Part shown: positions 1 through 8,610 of the stretch, in pieces | Numbering within the stretch: position 1 is the first letter of the stretch | Layout: each line of letters begins with the position of its first letter | Assembly (NCBI GenBank): GCA_030018435.1 | Contig: JASEEY010000001.1 | Span: 11,038-75,037, forward strand | DNA length: 64,000 nucleotides | Direction of reading: 5' to 3' | Source of the DNA: Methanocellales archaeon | Lineage (GTDB): Archaea; Halobacteriota; UBA148; JAUWXC01 | The notes under the pieces: model-generated | Told to the model about the DNA's origin: nothing | Databases searched by the model: none | Seen by the model: only the letters and a program-made list of their open reading frames with translations | Made by a program: the position numbers and the translations under genes

Positions 1-458
1 TTCAGCTTGACCGGCGTTAAATCGTTGGCAATTGCCGCCTCTACCCCATTAATCGCTTGCTGTAGGCAGTCTCTGCCTGTGATTATTTCGTATTTCTCAG
101 CATCTAATACATCAAGGCTGATGTTGACCCTGCGCAGACCAGCATCTTTCAGACCACTCGCGCAATGGTCTAGCAATGCTCCATTGGTGGTCATCGATAT
201 CTCCTTCATATAATTGGATGCGCGCCGAATGACCTCGCAGATATCATCCCGCAAAAGCGGCTCTCCGCCGGTCAGTTTAAGCTTTTCAATTCCAACTTTG
301 CCCCCAATCTCCACGATTTTCTCAATCTCGGCCGGACTCATCTCTCCCTTGGAGGAGTTTTGTCCTTCGTTGTGACAGTAGAAGCAGCGCAGATTACATC
401 GCTGTGTAACTGAGATACGCAGGCTGTTGACCTCTCTGCTGAATCTATCCTGCATGTG
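1..458 (-). CDS. moaA: GTP 3',8-cyclase MoaA (molybdenum cofactor biosynthesis, radical SAM); 3' part runs off window start
   Basis: Own translation of minus strand from ATG at 456-458: MQDRFSREVNSLRISVTQRCNLRCFYCHNEG...GGEPLLR...TTNG. CNLRCFYC is the MoaA-type radical SAM motif. The frame stays open to position 1. Confidence 0.8.
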
Positions 459-568
459 GATATGCTAAACTCAGCATAACGGTTAAACTTTTCTATTTTG
501 ATCGACCATTCTCGAAAAAGAGAAAAGATAATATAAGCGAATGACAATCACTTTGTCAAGGTGGTAGG

Positions 569-805
569 ATGGTCAAGGGCATAAAGATGGAGAAGGGCGA
601 CAAATTCTATGTGATTGCATTGTTGCTGGCGGCGCTGGGCGTACTCTGTGTCTTGGGATTTTTGGTGCATGAATCGCTTACTACTGTGATGGTGGCGGGC
701 GCAGGCTTTGGTTTGATCTCCCTAGGAGTGCTTTCACTGTTGTGGGGCATATACTCAGAGTATAAAGAAACGGGATCCATCAAAGAGGCATTGGGCTTAG
801 AGTAG
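569..805 (+). CDS. small hypothetical membrane protein (2 TM)
   Basis: 78-aa ORF with two hydrophobic helices. AAGGTGGTAGG lies immediately upstream of the ATG. Confidence 0.4.
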   Translation: MVKGIKMEKGDKFYVIALLLAALGVLCVLGFLVHESLTTVMVAGAGFGLISLGVLSLLWGIYSEYKETGSIKEALGLE

Positions 806-947
806 GTCGGCGGATACGCTCACTCATGCTAATAATCGATAACATATTTTGATTAATATCGCTAGGTTAATATTTGGACTAAATCTTAAACCTTACATAC
901 CTTCACCTTATACTTCTTTTATTTGAGCAGACCTATTGGTAATTGCC

Positions 948-963
948 ATTGATGGTTATCAAT
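948..963. promoter_or_regulatory. perfect inverted repeat ATTGAT-N4-ATCAAT 20 nt upstream of the hydrogenase small-subunit start; candidate operator
   Basis: Seen directly as attgatggttatcaat. An A/T-rich TATA-like stretch (ttttattt) lies about 30 nt further upstream. Confidence 0.35.
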
Positions 964-983
964 TTAAACTTGGGAGGGATTAA

Positions 984-1286
984 ATGGAAGATTTAAGACA
1001 TCTCGACATCCTAAAATTGGACAGGCGTACATTTCTCAAAGTTGCAGCGAGCATGGGTGCTTCTGTTTTTCTGGGAACTTATAAAGCGGACATCGTAAAA
1101 GCACTTGAATCGAGTGGTACAAATGTTGTGTGGTTGGAGGGTGCAGATTGTTGTGGTTGCTCAGAATCGTTCCTCAACGCTGCATATCCAGATGTCATAC
1201 AGGCAATCACAAAACTAAGCGTACACGTTGGTTATCATGAAACCCTGATGATGCAGCAAGGCATTTTCGTGGACGAAACCTGGTGA
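984..1286 (+). CDS. vhtG: [NiFe] hydrogenase small subunit, N-terminal fragment (Tat signal plus first Cys cluster); reading frame ends at TGA 1284-1286
   Basis: RRTFLKVAASMGASVF twin-arginine signal. VVWLEGADCCGCSES and HVGYHETLMM match small-subunit N-terminal motifs. Confidence 0.8.
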   Translation: MEDLRHLDILKLDRRTFLKVAASMGASVFLGTYKADIVKALESSGTNVVWLEGADCCGCSESFLNAAYPDVIQAITKLSVHVGYHETLMMQQGIFVDETW

Positions 1287-2104
1287 ATACTTCTGAGTTA
1301 AACGCAGAGTTGGCTCTTGAGGAATATATGACCGGAGAAAAGCCACTGGGTGTATTGGTCATAGAGGGTGCCATTGCGGATGGACCAGAGGGCTCGGGCA
1401 AGTACACCACAGTAGGAGGAAAGCCGTTCAAGGAAATGGTCCAGCGATGTGCTGCCAAAGCCTCATACGTTGTCGCTTTTGGCATGTGCGCGACATACGG
1501 CGGCATTCCGGCGGCGAGAGGCTCTGTAACGGACAATATGGGAGCACAATTCTTACAAACGACGAAAGGCGGAATTCTCGGTGCTGGCTATACATCTGGA
1601 GCAGGTCTGCCAGTAGTAAACATTCCTGGTTGCCCAGCACATCCAGACTGGATAATGTTAACGTTGGCAGCGATCATTCTTGGCAAGGGCGGGCTCATCG
1701 AATTGGATGAGTACAACAGACCAACTGCGTTCTTCCCACCAGATTACACCATACATGAGAACTGTCCAAGGCGTGGTTTCTATGATATAGGTCAATTGGA
1801 CACTGAATTTACTGAAGGGCACTGTCTATGGAAACTGGGATGCAAGGCACCATATACGCACGCAGACTGTGCGACGCGTTTGTGGAATAATCATCTGAAC
1901 ATGTGCACCCAAGCAGGGTCACCATGTATCGGTTGCGTGCAACCAGGATTCCCAGATAGTACAAGTCCGTTCTATGTGGAAATGGAGAAAGTACCGACGC
2001 TGGTAGGCGTGGACATAAATACCATAGCCAAAGCGGCTATAGGCGCAGCCGCAATTGGCGTGGGAGCGCATGCAGCGCGCAGAATAGGCATGAAGGAGGA
2101 ATGA
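1283..2104 (+). CDS. vhtG: [NiFe] hydrogenase small subunit, C-terminal part in the -1 frame relative to 984-1286 (apparent frameshift)
   Basis: GVLVIEGAI...VAFGMCATYGGIPAA...NIPGCPAHPDW...ENCPRRG...CLWKLGCKAPYTHADC...GSPCIGC are distal and medial FeS-cluster motifs of the small subunit. Frame 2 is open from 1241 and overlaps frame 0 by 45 nt. Confidence 0.8.
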   Translation: MNTSELNAELALEEYMTGEKPLGVLVIEGAIADGPEGSGKYTTVGGKPFKEMVQRCAAKASYVVAFGMCATYGGIPAARGSVTDNMGAQFLQTTKGGILGAGYTSGAGLPVVNIPGCPAHPDWIMLTLAAIILGKGGLIELDEYNRPTAFFPPDYTIHENCPRRGFYDIGQLDTEFTEGHCLWKLGCKAPYTHADCATRLWNNHLNMCTQAGSPCIGCVQPGFPDSTSPFYVEMEKVPTLVGVDINTIAKAAIGAAAIGVGAHAARRIGMKEE

Positions 2105-2108
2105 GCAA

Positions 2109-3917
2109 ATGGCAACAGTAGTAGTTGATCCACTGACAAGGATTGAGGGACACCTGAGACTCACAGCTGAAGTCAGCGATGGCGTAATTACGAATGCGCA
2201 CAGCTCTGGGACTATGTACAGGGGATTTGAACAGATTCTCAAGGGCAGGGATCCAAGGGATGCATCCAGGATAACACAAAGGATCTGCGGAGTATGTCCT
2301 ACCGGTCATGCAATGACATCGGTCAATGCATTGGATGATGCGTTCGGTCTAGCGGAATACATACCAAAGGATGCGCTGGTTGTGAGAAACATCGTGCAGT
2401 GTCTGAATACCATAGCCAGTCATGCGACGCATATATACGTGCTCTGGTTGCTGGACCTAGCGAACCCAGCATACAAGACGATCCTGGAGACGATAAACCT
2501 GAAGCCAGTCTGGGACGAACTCGTGGGCAGATTTGCACCGATCAGTCACTCCATAGAAGGTAAGGCAGTTCCACCAGGAAGTTCTTACTTGGCAGCCATC
2601 CCAGAGAAGAAGGCGCTACAAGAGGCGATAGCGGTGTTTGGAGGCAAGATGCCCATTCAGATGACCTCCATTGTAGGAGGAGTCACTTGCACTCCCACCG
2701 TCGCAGACATAGGCAGGATCGCATCCTACTACGTAAGGGTCATGGAGTTTGTCAACCATTACGTGCTAGGACTGGATGCGCTTGGCATAACAAGCGACCC
2801 GTTGGAAACCGCCGATAAATGGCTCGAACTCACACACGACGTCAGCAAGGACAAGGCAGTGGCAAACGTGTTGGACATATTGGGTGGTTTGCCAACCGAT
2901 GACTTCTCTCGAGCAGCGGGATGGAGCGATGTTGCATTGCTCGCAGCATTCGGCTCAGAACTCATAGGAGAAACGTTGCTGGGACTGCCAGCCAGCCTGA
3001 AGTTTGACACGATAGGTGGATATCCAGTGGACCCAACGAAGATCGGTTTCCTTTCATATGGCGTGTTCTATGCCATCAAAGAAGGATACGATCCAACCAG
3101 CCCGAAGGGTGAACGCTTCATCACATCCGGCTTCACAAGCGGCGATCTCAAGTATGAGGAGTTCAATCATCACAATGTGACAGAGCATGTGGCGCACTCA
3201 TTCTACACGAGCGGCAACGATTTGCATCCATGGGGCGGAGAAACCGAACCGGTTAAAACAACAGCGACGATCAAATACGATGATCCAGCCGCAAAATACA
3301 GCTGGCTCAAAGCACCGAGGTACAAGCAAATACCATGCGAAGTAGGACCACTAGCGAGAATGATCAATGCTAAAGAGCCTTTGGTCACGGGACTGGCAGA
3401 GACGTTCTTAGCCAACTGCTACTCGCCTGCAAACGTCTACACGAGGATGCTGGCAAGGGCACAAGAGACCATCATTCTTGCACGCGAATTAAAGAAATGG
3501 GTACTAGTCGACTTGGATTCAAATGGCAAATTCTACACGCATGCAGATCTATCGATGGCCAAGAACAGCCAGGGCGTAGGTCTCTGGGAAGCTCCAAGAG
3601 GCGCATTAGGACACTGGATCGTGACCGATGGAGCATCAAAGATAGCAAACTACCAGCCAGTTGTTCCTTCGACATGGAACCTTTGTCCCAGAGATACCAA
3701 CGGCAAACTGGGCCCGGTCGAGCTAGCGCTTGTGGGCAGTAAGGTCGGTCCGGTTGGCAACGTGCTTAGCACATTGGGCGCGATACCGCTATCCAAGGAA
3801 AACGAGAATCCAACAGGCATATTCCACGTAGGTAGATCGTTCGACCCATGCATCGCTTGTGCGGTGCACACGATCGACATGAACACCAACAAGAAATACG
3901 AGCTCAGAATACTCTAG
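2109..3917 (+). CDS. vhtA: [NiFe] hydrogenase large subunit with cleavable C-terminal extension
   Basis: 602 aa. N-terminal RICGVCPTGH and C-terminal DPCIACAVH Ni-Fe binding motifs. A 15-aa tail follows the His, which is the usual site for the maturation protease. Confidence 0.9.
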   Translation: MATVVVDPLTRIEGHLRLTAEVSDGVITNAHSSGTMYRGFEQILKGRDPRDASRITQRICGVCPTGHAMTSVNALDDAFGLAEYIPKDALVVRNIVQCLNTIASHATHIYVLWLLDLANPAYKTILETINLKPVWDELVGRFAPISHSIEGKAVPPGSSYLAAIPEKKALQEAIAVFGGKMPIQMTSIVGGVTCTPTVADIGRIASYYVRVMEFVNHYVLGLDALGITSDPLETADKWLELTHDVSKDKAVANVLDILGGLPTDDFSRAAGWSDVALLAAFGSELIGETLLGLPASLKFDTIGGYPVDPTKIGFLSYGVFYAIKEGYDPTSPKGERFITSGFTSGDLKYEEFNHHNVTEHVAHSFYTSGNDLHPWGGETEPVKTTATIKYDDPAAKYSWLKAPRYKQIPCEVGPLARMINAKEPLVTGLAETFLANCYSPANVYTRMLARAQETIILARELKKWVLVDLDSNGKFYTHADLSMAKNSQGVGLWEAPRGALGHWIVTDGASKIANYQPVVPSTWNLCPRDTNGKLGPVELALVGSKVGPVGNVLSTLGAIPLSKENENPTGIFHVGRSFDPCIACAVHTIDMNTNKKYELRIL

Positions 3918-3925
3918 GTGGTATC

Positions 3926-4645
3926 ATGGCAGAGCAAGTAGTAGAAAGATGGAACAAACCAATGATGGCCATGCACTGGATTCACATGGTCACATGCCTG
4001 ATACTGATCATCACCGGCTTCCGCATCTACCTAGGATGGGGGCTCCCCTCTGCCTATTCACAGGCAAGGGCATTGCACATGGTTGCAGTGGTAGGATTTC
4101 TAATAGCAAACCTCATACTCCTTCCATACGGCATGGTCCTGGAGGCCCTGGAGGGTATCAAACACTACGGTATTAAGCAGGGCATCAAACACTTCATGAA
4201 AGCGAACCTGTTCGGTATGGAAGATGCGCGCAGGCTCAAAGCCATTTTACTCAACTTCTTTGGAAAGCAAAAGGGGTATCCAGCGCTCACGATATACGAT
4301 GAAAAGGCAGGGCTTTATGCGAACAGGAGCCATCCAGTGACGAAAATCCTCATACCACTGGAGGGGATTTTCATCCTGCTCATAACCCTGTCTGGAATCG
4401 TCTTGTATAACATCAACTGGACAATTGTGGGACTCAACATAGGTGCTTTCCTGAGAAGCATTGCGACGGTGACGTTCTGGAGAACGTTGCATCTCGGCTC
4501 GATGTACTACTTCATCTTAGACCTGTTCATACACGTTGGCATATTACAGGCAGATACAAAGCTCAAGCATGCATGGAAAGCGATGTTTCTTACGGGCAAA
4601 GAAGACATAAAAACATCAGGGTACGCCAAAATTGTAAAGAAATAA
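3926..4645 (+). CDS. vhtC: hydrogenase cytochrome b membrane anchor subunit (Vht/Vho C-like)
   Basis: Polytopic membrane protein directly downstream of the large subunit. ATG at 3926 is preceded by GGTGGT, which favours it over the longer track start at 3848 that overlaps vhtA. His residues sit in the transmembrane helices. Confidence 0.7.
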   Translation: MAEQVVERWNKPMMAMHWIHMVTCLILIITGFRIYLGWGLPSAYSQARALHMVAVVGFLIANLILLPYGMVLEALEGIKHYGIKQGIKHFMKANLFGMEDARRLKAILLNFFGKQKGYPALTIYDEKAGLYANRSHPVTKILIPLEGIFILLITLSGIVLYNINWTIVGLNIGAFLRSIATVTFWRTLHLGSMYYFILDLFIHVGILQADTKLKHAWKAMFLTGKEDIKTSGYAKIVKK

Positions 4646-4680
4646 AGGGGAAAATTCTCCCCTTTCTTTTTATTTTTAAT
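4646..4680. terminator. bidirectional terminator between convergent vhtC and echF: GGGGA-AAATTC-TCCCC hairpin followed by a T-rich run
   Basis: Seen directly: aggggaaaattctcccctttctttttatttttaat. A T-rich tract after a hairpin is the typical archaeal termination signal. Confidence 0.6.
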
Positions 4681-4991
4681 TAATTCGTACTCCCTGCCTC
4701 TTGTTTCCTAATCAAGACCCCAAATCTACAAGCACCGATGCACAGATTGCACCGTATGCACCTGCCCACGTTTATCACTGGTATCAGCTTCTCATCTATA
4801 TGTGAGAGCGTAATCGCTCCTGGTACTGGGCAGACCGTCACGCACGCCTTACATTCTGTACATTCTCCTACCACAACCGGAAAATCCCTAAATCTCGGTG
4901 GGGTTGGCACTGGTTTCGTTTTTGCGAACAGGAATTTCTTAATCCATTCCGATCGTGCGAATTCGTGTAGATACCATATGAGTGAAGACAT
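4680..4991 (-). CDS. echF: 2x[4Fe-4S] ferredoxin subunit of Ech-type hydrogenase (EchF-like)
   Basis: CTECKACVTVCP and CIRCNLCIGACRFG are two CxxCxxCxxxCP ferredoxin motifs. It is the last gene of the ech-like operon. Confidence 0.75.
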   Translation of the reverse strand: MSSLIWYLHEFARSEWIKKFLFAKTKPVPTPPRFRDFPVVVGECTECKACVTVCPVPGAITLSHIDEKLIPVINVGRCIRCNLCIGACRFGVLIRKQEAGSTN

Positions 4992-4994
4992 GAA

Positions 4995-6089
4995 TCATCC
5001 CTCTGTGCACGCTATACATGGGTCGATGCTGGCGTAAATCGCCACGGCATCGGCTATTGACGGAGACCCTGCAAGCATATACCTAGCACAAGTTTCTAGG
5101 TTTAGTCTGGTGGGAGTTCTAATCGTGATGTCATCGATTTTTCCAGCACTGTCTGTCTTTACGAAGTATTTGAGCTCGCCTCTGGGTGCCTCACCACTGT
5201 GGAAACCCTCACCAGCCTTCACCCTGCCCTTATTTTGGATATTTCCTTTTGGCAGGTTATCTATGGCATCTCTGATGAGGTTCATGGACTGGAAGATCTC
5301 GTCAAATCTTACCAGGACTCTTGCTGTATTGTCTCCCTCTTTTCTTGAGATTGCCTTGAAGTCGAAGATATCTCTATATGTGGGATGTCTGAGTCTCCAG
5401 TCGGATTCTGGGTGACCCGAGCCCCTGGCAACAGGACCCACTGCGGGAACTTTTACCGCATCCTCATAGGAAAGAACGCCGATGCCCCTTGACCTGAGCT
5501 GCAGCAGCGGCCCATGTTCGAACATCCCCATATATCTCCTTATTCTCGGCTCCATCCTGTCAAGCATCTCCAATATCGTTTTCAAATGATGATCTTCAAT
5601 GTCCCATCTCACGCCGCCAAGGACGTTCCAGGACATGTGTACTCTGTTGCCGCTTACCATCTCCAATAAATCCATCGAATTCTCCCTAACGTCAAGCGTG
5701 TACATCGCAAGCGTTTCGTGCTCGATCCCGAGGAAATAAGACACGTTTGCTATGAGGTGGCTCTGTATCCTATCCAGCTCGTTAACGATGACGCGCAGAT
5801 ATTTTGCCCTGGGCGTCGGCTCGACATCGGAAATCTTCTCAAGGGTCTCTATGAACGTCATGCAATGGATATTGGAACATATGCCGCAGACTCTTTCTGC
5901 GAGATAGACGGCTTTGTTCCAGGGTTTGCCTTTTAGGATTCTCTCTATCCCCCTATGCATATATCCCAGTTCCACCTCAGCATCGACCACTCTCTCGCCC
6001 ACTGTGTGCAATTTAATCCTCAACGGCTCTTTTAGCGCTGGATGTAGAGGACCGATTGGTATGGATACGTCAACATTTTTTTCAATCAC
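4995..6089 (-). CDS. echE: group 4 [NiFe] hydrogenase large subunit (EchE/HycE/NuoD-like)
   Basis: 364 aa. N-terminal RVCGICSNIH and C-terminal DPCIACTEG Ni-binding Cys pairs. There is no C-terminal extension. Confidence 0.85.
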   Translation of the reverse strand: MIEKNVDVSIPIGPLHPALKEPLRIKLHTVGERVVDAEVELGYMHRGIERILKGKPWNKAVYLAERVCGICSNIHCMTFIETLEKISDVEPTPRAKYLRVIVNELDRIQSHLIANVSYFLGIEHETLAMYTLDVRENSMDLLEMVSGNRVHMSWNVLGGVRWDIEDHHLKTILEMLDRMEPRIRRYMGMFEHGPLLQLRSRGIGVLSYEDAVKVPAVGPVARGSGHPESDWRLRHPTYRDIFDFKAISRKEGDNTARVLVRFDEIFQSMNLIRDAIDNLPKGNIQNKGRVKAGEGFHSGEAPRGELKYFVKTDSAGKIDDITIRTPTRLNLETCARYMLAGSPSIADAVAIYASIDPCIACTEG

Positions 6090-6547
6090 TTGTTTGCCTC
6101 CTTTTTGTCATAGTCCTTGAATACGATAGGTGCCACTCCCAGAATTGCATCCAGGATTTCACTCGGCCTGGGCGGACATCCCGGTACCTCGGCAGCCACG
6201 GGTATGAAGTTTTTAATGGGAGGATAAACCCGCTTACCCTCCTGGTCGAATATACCTCCCGAGCACGCGCACGATCCAACGGCGACGACCACTTTCGGCT
6301 CTGGAATTTTATCATAAAGCTCCTTCAGCTTCGTCTTCCACTGCTCGGTAACGCAACCGGTTATTATCAGGATATCTGCTTCTCTTGGATTCGGGTGGTG
6401 TACGAAGATGCCATATTGCTCTATATCATATCTCGGACAAATGGTTGCAAGAACCTCGATGCTACAGCCATTACAACTACCAGCATCGGCGTAAGTCACG
6501 TGGAACGATTTGCGGCGTACGAAATTTTTGAGCTTATCGAAGATCAT
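6086..6547 (-). CDS. echC: group 4 hydrogenase small subunit (EchC/NuoB-like, proximal 4Fe-4S)
   Basis: 153 aa. CNGCSIE...ITGCVT...GSCACSGG Cys pattern of NuoB/HycG-like subunits. 4-nt overlaps with neighbours on both sides. Confidence 0.85.
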   Translation of the reverse strand: MIFDKLKNFVRRKSFHVTYADAGSCNGCSIEVLATICPRYDIEQYGIFVHHPNPREADILIITGCVTEQWKTKLKELYDKIPEPKVVVAVGSCACSGGIFDQEGKRVYPPIKNFIPVAAEVPGCPPRPSEILDAILGVAPIVFKDYDKKEANK

Positions 6548-6945
6548 TTTAGTATCCCCCTTATTCTCTCTCGAACTACATCCTTGGCAGCTTCTAGTGC
6601 TTTTTCATAGGGCTTGCCAGACCACACCACACTTTCCACCAGGTCCTTCGTTATCTCCGCCACATCCTCTTCTGAGATTAGATTTAGAGCATCGCATAGT
6701 AGGGTCAATCGTAAATCGAGGTCCACTTTTTTCTCTAGGCAGGCGCTCCAGTTCTGCTCTGCCCTGGAGTGAATGCCCATCAATCCTGCCATGTCGAGTT
6801 TTTCCATTATGCAATTTTCAAGCTTCTCCTTTGGAATTTTGTACAGCTTCGCGAGAGGCTCGATGACATCCTTTTGATATCTGTAACTTTTCAGCTTCCA
6901 TCTCTTCATCTCCGTAAGGTCGTAACTCTTCGCTATGGACTTCAT
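6544..6945 (-). CDS. small hydrophilic subunit of Ech-type hydrogenase (EchD-like position); function unknown
   Basis: ATG at 6943-6945 forms an ATGA stop-start overlap with the upstream 88-aa gene. The longer track ORF running to 7002 overlaps that gene. No recognisable motif. Confidence 0.45.
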   Translation of the reverse strand: MKSIAKSYDLTEMKRWKLKSYRYQKDVIEPLAKLYKIPKEKLENCIMEKLDMAGLMGIHSRAEQNWSACLEKKVDLDLRLTLLCDALNLISEEDVAEITKDLVESVVWSGKPYEKALEAAKDVVRERIRGILK

Positions 6946-7208
6946 GTCGCCACCCCCCATACGAAGTACGAGGCTAATACAAATCCACCCAGCACCAGCC
7001 ACATGAACAAGACCTCCAGTTTCTCAGAGAACTTTGCTCCGCTCTCTGAAAGGGGCGCCGTTAACAGGAGCAAAACTCCCGCTAGCACTATGCACGCGAT
7101 CATTGCCGGAGCGCGATATATGCTTCCATAGGATCTCACTACTTCTGCCACTGCTACCAGGAACGGTATCGCTGCAACCAAGATGCTCATGGAGACGAAC
7201 CTTCTCAT
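6942..7208 (-). CDS. 88-aa 3-TM membrane subunit, possibly NuoK/MnhC-like, in the ech-like operon
   Basis: Three hydrophobic helices. Translationally coupled to both neighbours with 4-nt overlaps. Confidence 0.45.
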   Translation of the reverse strand: MRRFVSMSILVAAIPFLVAVAEVVRSYGSIYRAPAMIACIVLAGVLLLLTAPLSESGAKFSEKLEVLFMWLVLGGFVLASYFVWGVAT

Positions 7209-8062
7209 AGGATCACTCCCTTTAGTAGATAGTACAACACCGCCACGCTGGCAATTGAGGCTTCGACCATTACTGAATGATACGGTGCCAGCATGGGGGT
7301 TAGTGCGCTAATGAAAGATAGTGAGGCAAGCAATAGGACGAATCCCAGCGCATAACCCCATAACGGAGCCGGACCAATGTATACCAACATGAACAGCGAC
7401 ATTAGCACGAATATCTCTATGCTTTCGCCGGTCAAAATGCCCGCTCTTAGAACTCCAAAGTGCTCCGTCTTGTATCCGGTGACTATGTCCTTCGCCATTA
7501 CTATGGCCAATGGGGAGTGGTGGATCTTGGATAGCATTATGGTATAGGTTGCAAGTGCGCACAGCGGAAGCTGGAACAGGAGCGGTCCATGGGTGCTCTG
7601 ATATGCTACTATGTCCGAGATCATCAACGAGTTCGTTTTAAGATAGACGATGGCCAAAACGGCAAATAATGGGAGCTCAGCAGTTGCAGAGTACACCGAT
7701 CTTACGCCGCCAAACTTTCCATAGGGGGAGCCGGATGATAGTCCAGCTCCATGCTCGACTAGCTTGTGTAGCATCAGCACCGCCAGTAATATCAGGAAGT
7801 TATATCCATTGGTGACAACGACCAATCCGAGTATCCAGGCTCCTATGAGAAGTGCGACCACTCCGAAATATACCGGCTTGCAGGCCGTTTCTGGAGCGGT
7901 CATCTCCTTTACGAAGAACTTCAATAGATGATAGAGTTCCTGCTGTATTGGCGGGCCAGGTCGACCCTGTATTCTTGCGATGATCTTCCTATGCAGTCCT
8001 AGGAACATTATGCCGACCAGGAATGCAACTGGTATCATGAGCAAGGTTCTAATCAAGAGCAT
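7205..8062 (-). CDS. echB: NuoH/HycD/EchB-like integral membrane subunit of Ech-type hydrogenase
   Basis: 285 aa, polytopic. The LHRKIIARIQGRPGP motif is typical of NuoH/HycD. It is the first gene of the operon. Confidence 0.75.
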   Translation of the reverse strand: MLLIRTLLMIPVAFLVGIMFLGLHRKIIARIQGRPGPPIQQELYHLLKFFVKEMTAPETACKPVYFGVVALLIGAWILGLVVVTNGYNFLILLAVLMLHKLVEHGAGLSSGSPYGKFGGVRSVYSATAELPLFAVLAIVYLKTNSLMISDIVAYQSTHGPLLFQLPLCALATYTIMLSKIHHSPLAIVMAKDIVTGYKTEHFGVLRAGILTGESIEIFVLMSLFMLVYIGPAPLWGYALGFVLLLASLSFISALTPMLAPYHSVMVEASIASVAVLYYLLKGVIL

Positions 8063-8086
8063 ATTCTTAACTCTTTAGTATCCTTA

Positions 8087-8128
8087 GTGTATCCATCTGA
8101 TACACGATATATGTATTGATTGATACAC
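8087..8128. promoter_or_regulatory. cluster of GTGTATC/GATACAC half-sites upstream of the ech-like operon, divergent from the RHH regulator gene
   Basis: gtgtatc-catct-gatacac palindrome at 8087-8105, plus another gatacac at 8122-8128 inside gtattgattgatacac. A TATA-like ttaagtatataa sits at about 8160. Confidence 0.35.
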
Positions 8129-8293
8129 TCGACTATACCAGAAACATAACGATAAATCGTTAAGTATATAAGGGGGGAATTCTTGTGTTGCTATAGACAC
8201 CTTTGATAAATCAGACAAATAACTTAGGAAATAGGGTAACTTTGGGAGGCGTTTTTGATACACCATGACACCACGACGGTTGCGAAAAAGACC

Positions 8294-8464
8294 ATGAGCG
8301 ACGTGAGGATAAAAATGCCTAAACCGATGTTAGAAGCCATTGACTTGGCAATTGAGATAGGACAGGCTGGCACCAGATCCGACTTTATTAGGATGGCGAT
8401 AGCCAACCAACTTAGAGAGACAACTATCACAGGAGAAATGAAGAAAAGAAAATTTGAGAAGTAA
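8294..8464 (+). CDS. ribbon-helix-helix (CopG/NikR-N-like) DNA-binding protein
   Basis: VRIKMPKPMLEAIDLAIEIGQAGTRSDFIRMAIANQL has the RHH beta-alpha-alpha pattern. It is divergent from the ech-like operon. The track start is 8255; the internal Met at 8294 is more likely. Confidence 0.5.
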   Translation: MSDVRIKMPKPMLEAIDLAIEIGQAGTRSDFIRMAIANQLRETTITGEMKKRKFEK

Positions 8465-8610
8465 GTGGAAAGATTTTACCTGATAATTTTTACTTGTCCA
8501 ACTACTGATATAGTGAAATAGGATTTTTCAGTACCAATTTTCAAGTCTCGTCTACATCCGCTCATCAAACATAAATATCATCAAAATAAACATCATTAGG
8601 AGGTATTTCA

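Noticed and set aside
7-547. Track ORFs 7-213 (+) and 338-547 (-)
   Set aside because: Both lie within or antisense to the moaA coding frame, which I translated myself. They have no motifs, and I treat them as shadow ORFs.
1207-2309. Minus-strand ORFs 1207-1536, 1428-1640, 1919-2242 and 2037-2309, plus plus-strand 1447-1710
   Set aside because: All are antisense or alternative-frame ORFs inside the well-supported hydrogenase small-subunit gene. Their composition is low-complexity and they carry no motifs.
3848-3925. Extended N-terminus of the cytochrome b ORF (MHRLCGAHDRHEH...)
   Set aside because: It overlaps the large-subunit gene. An ATG at 3926 with a GGTGGT RBS and the start of the hydrophobic protein make the shorter form more plausible.
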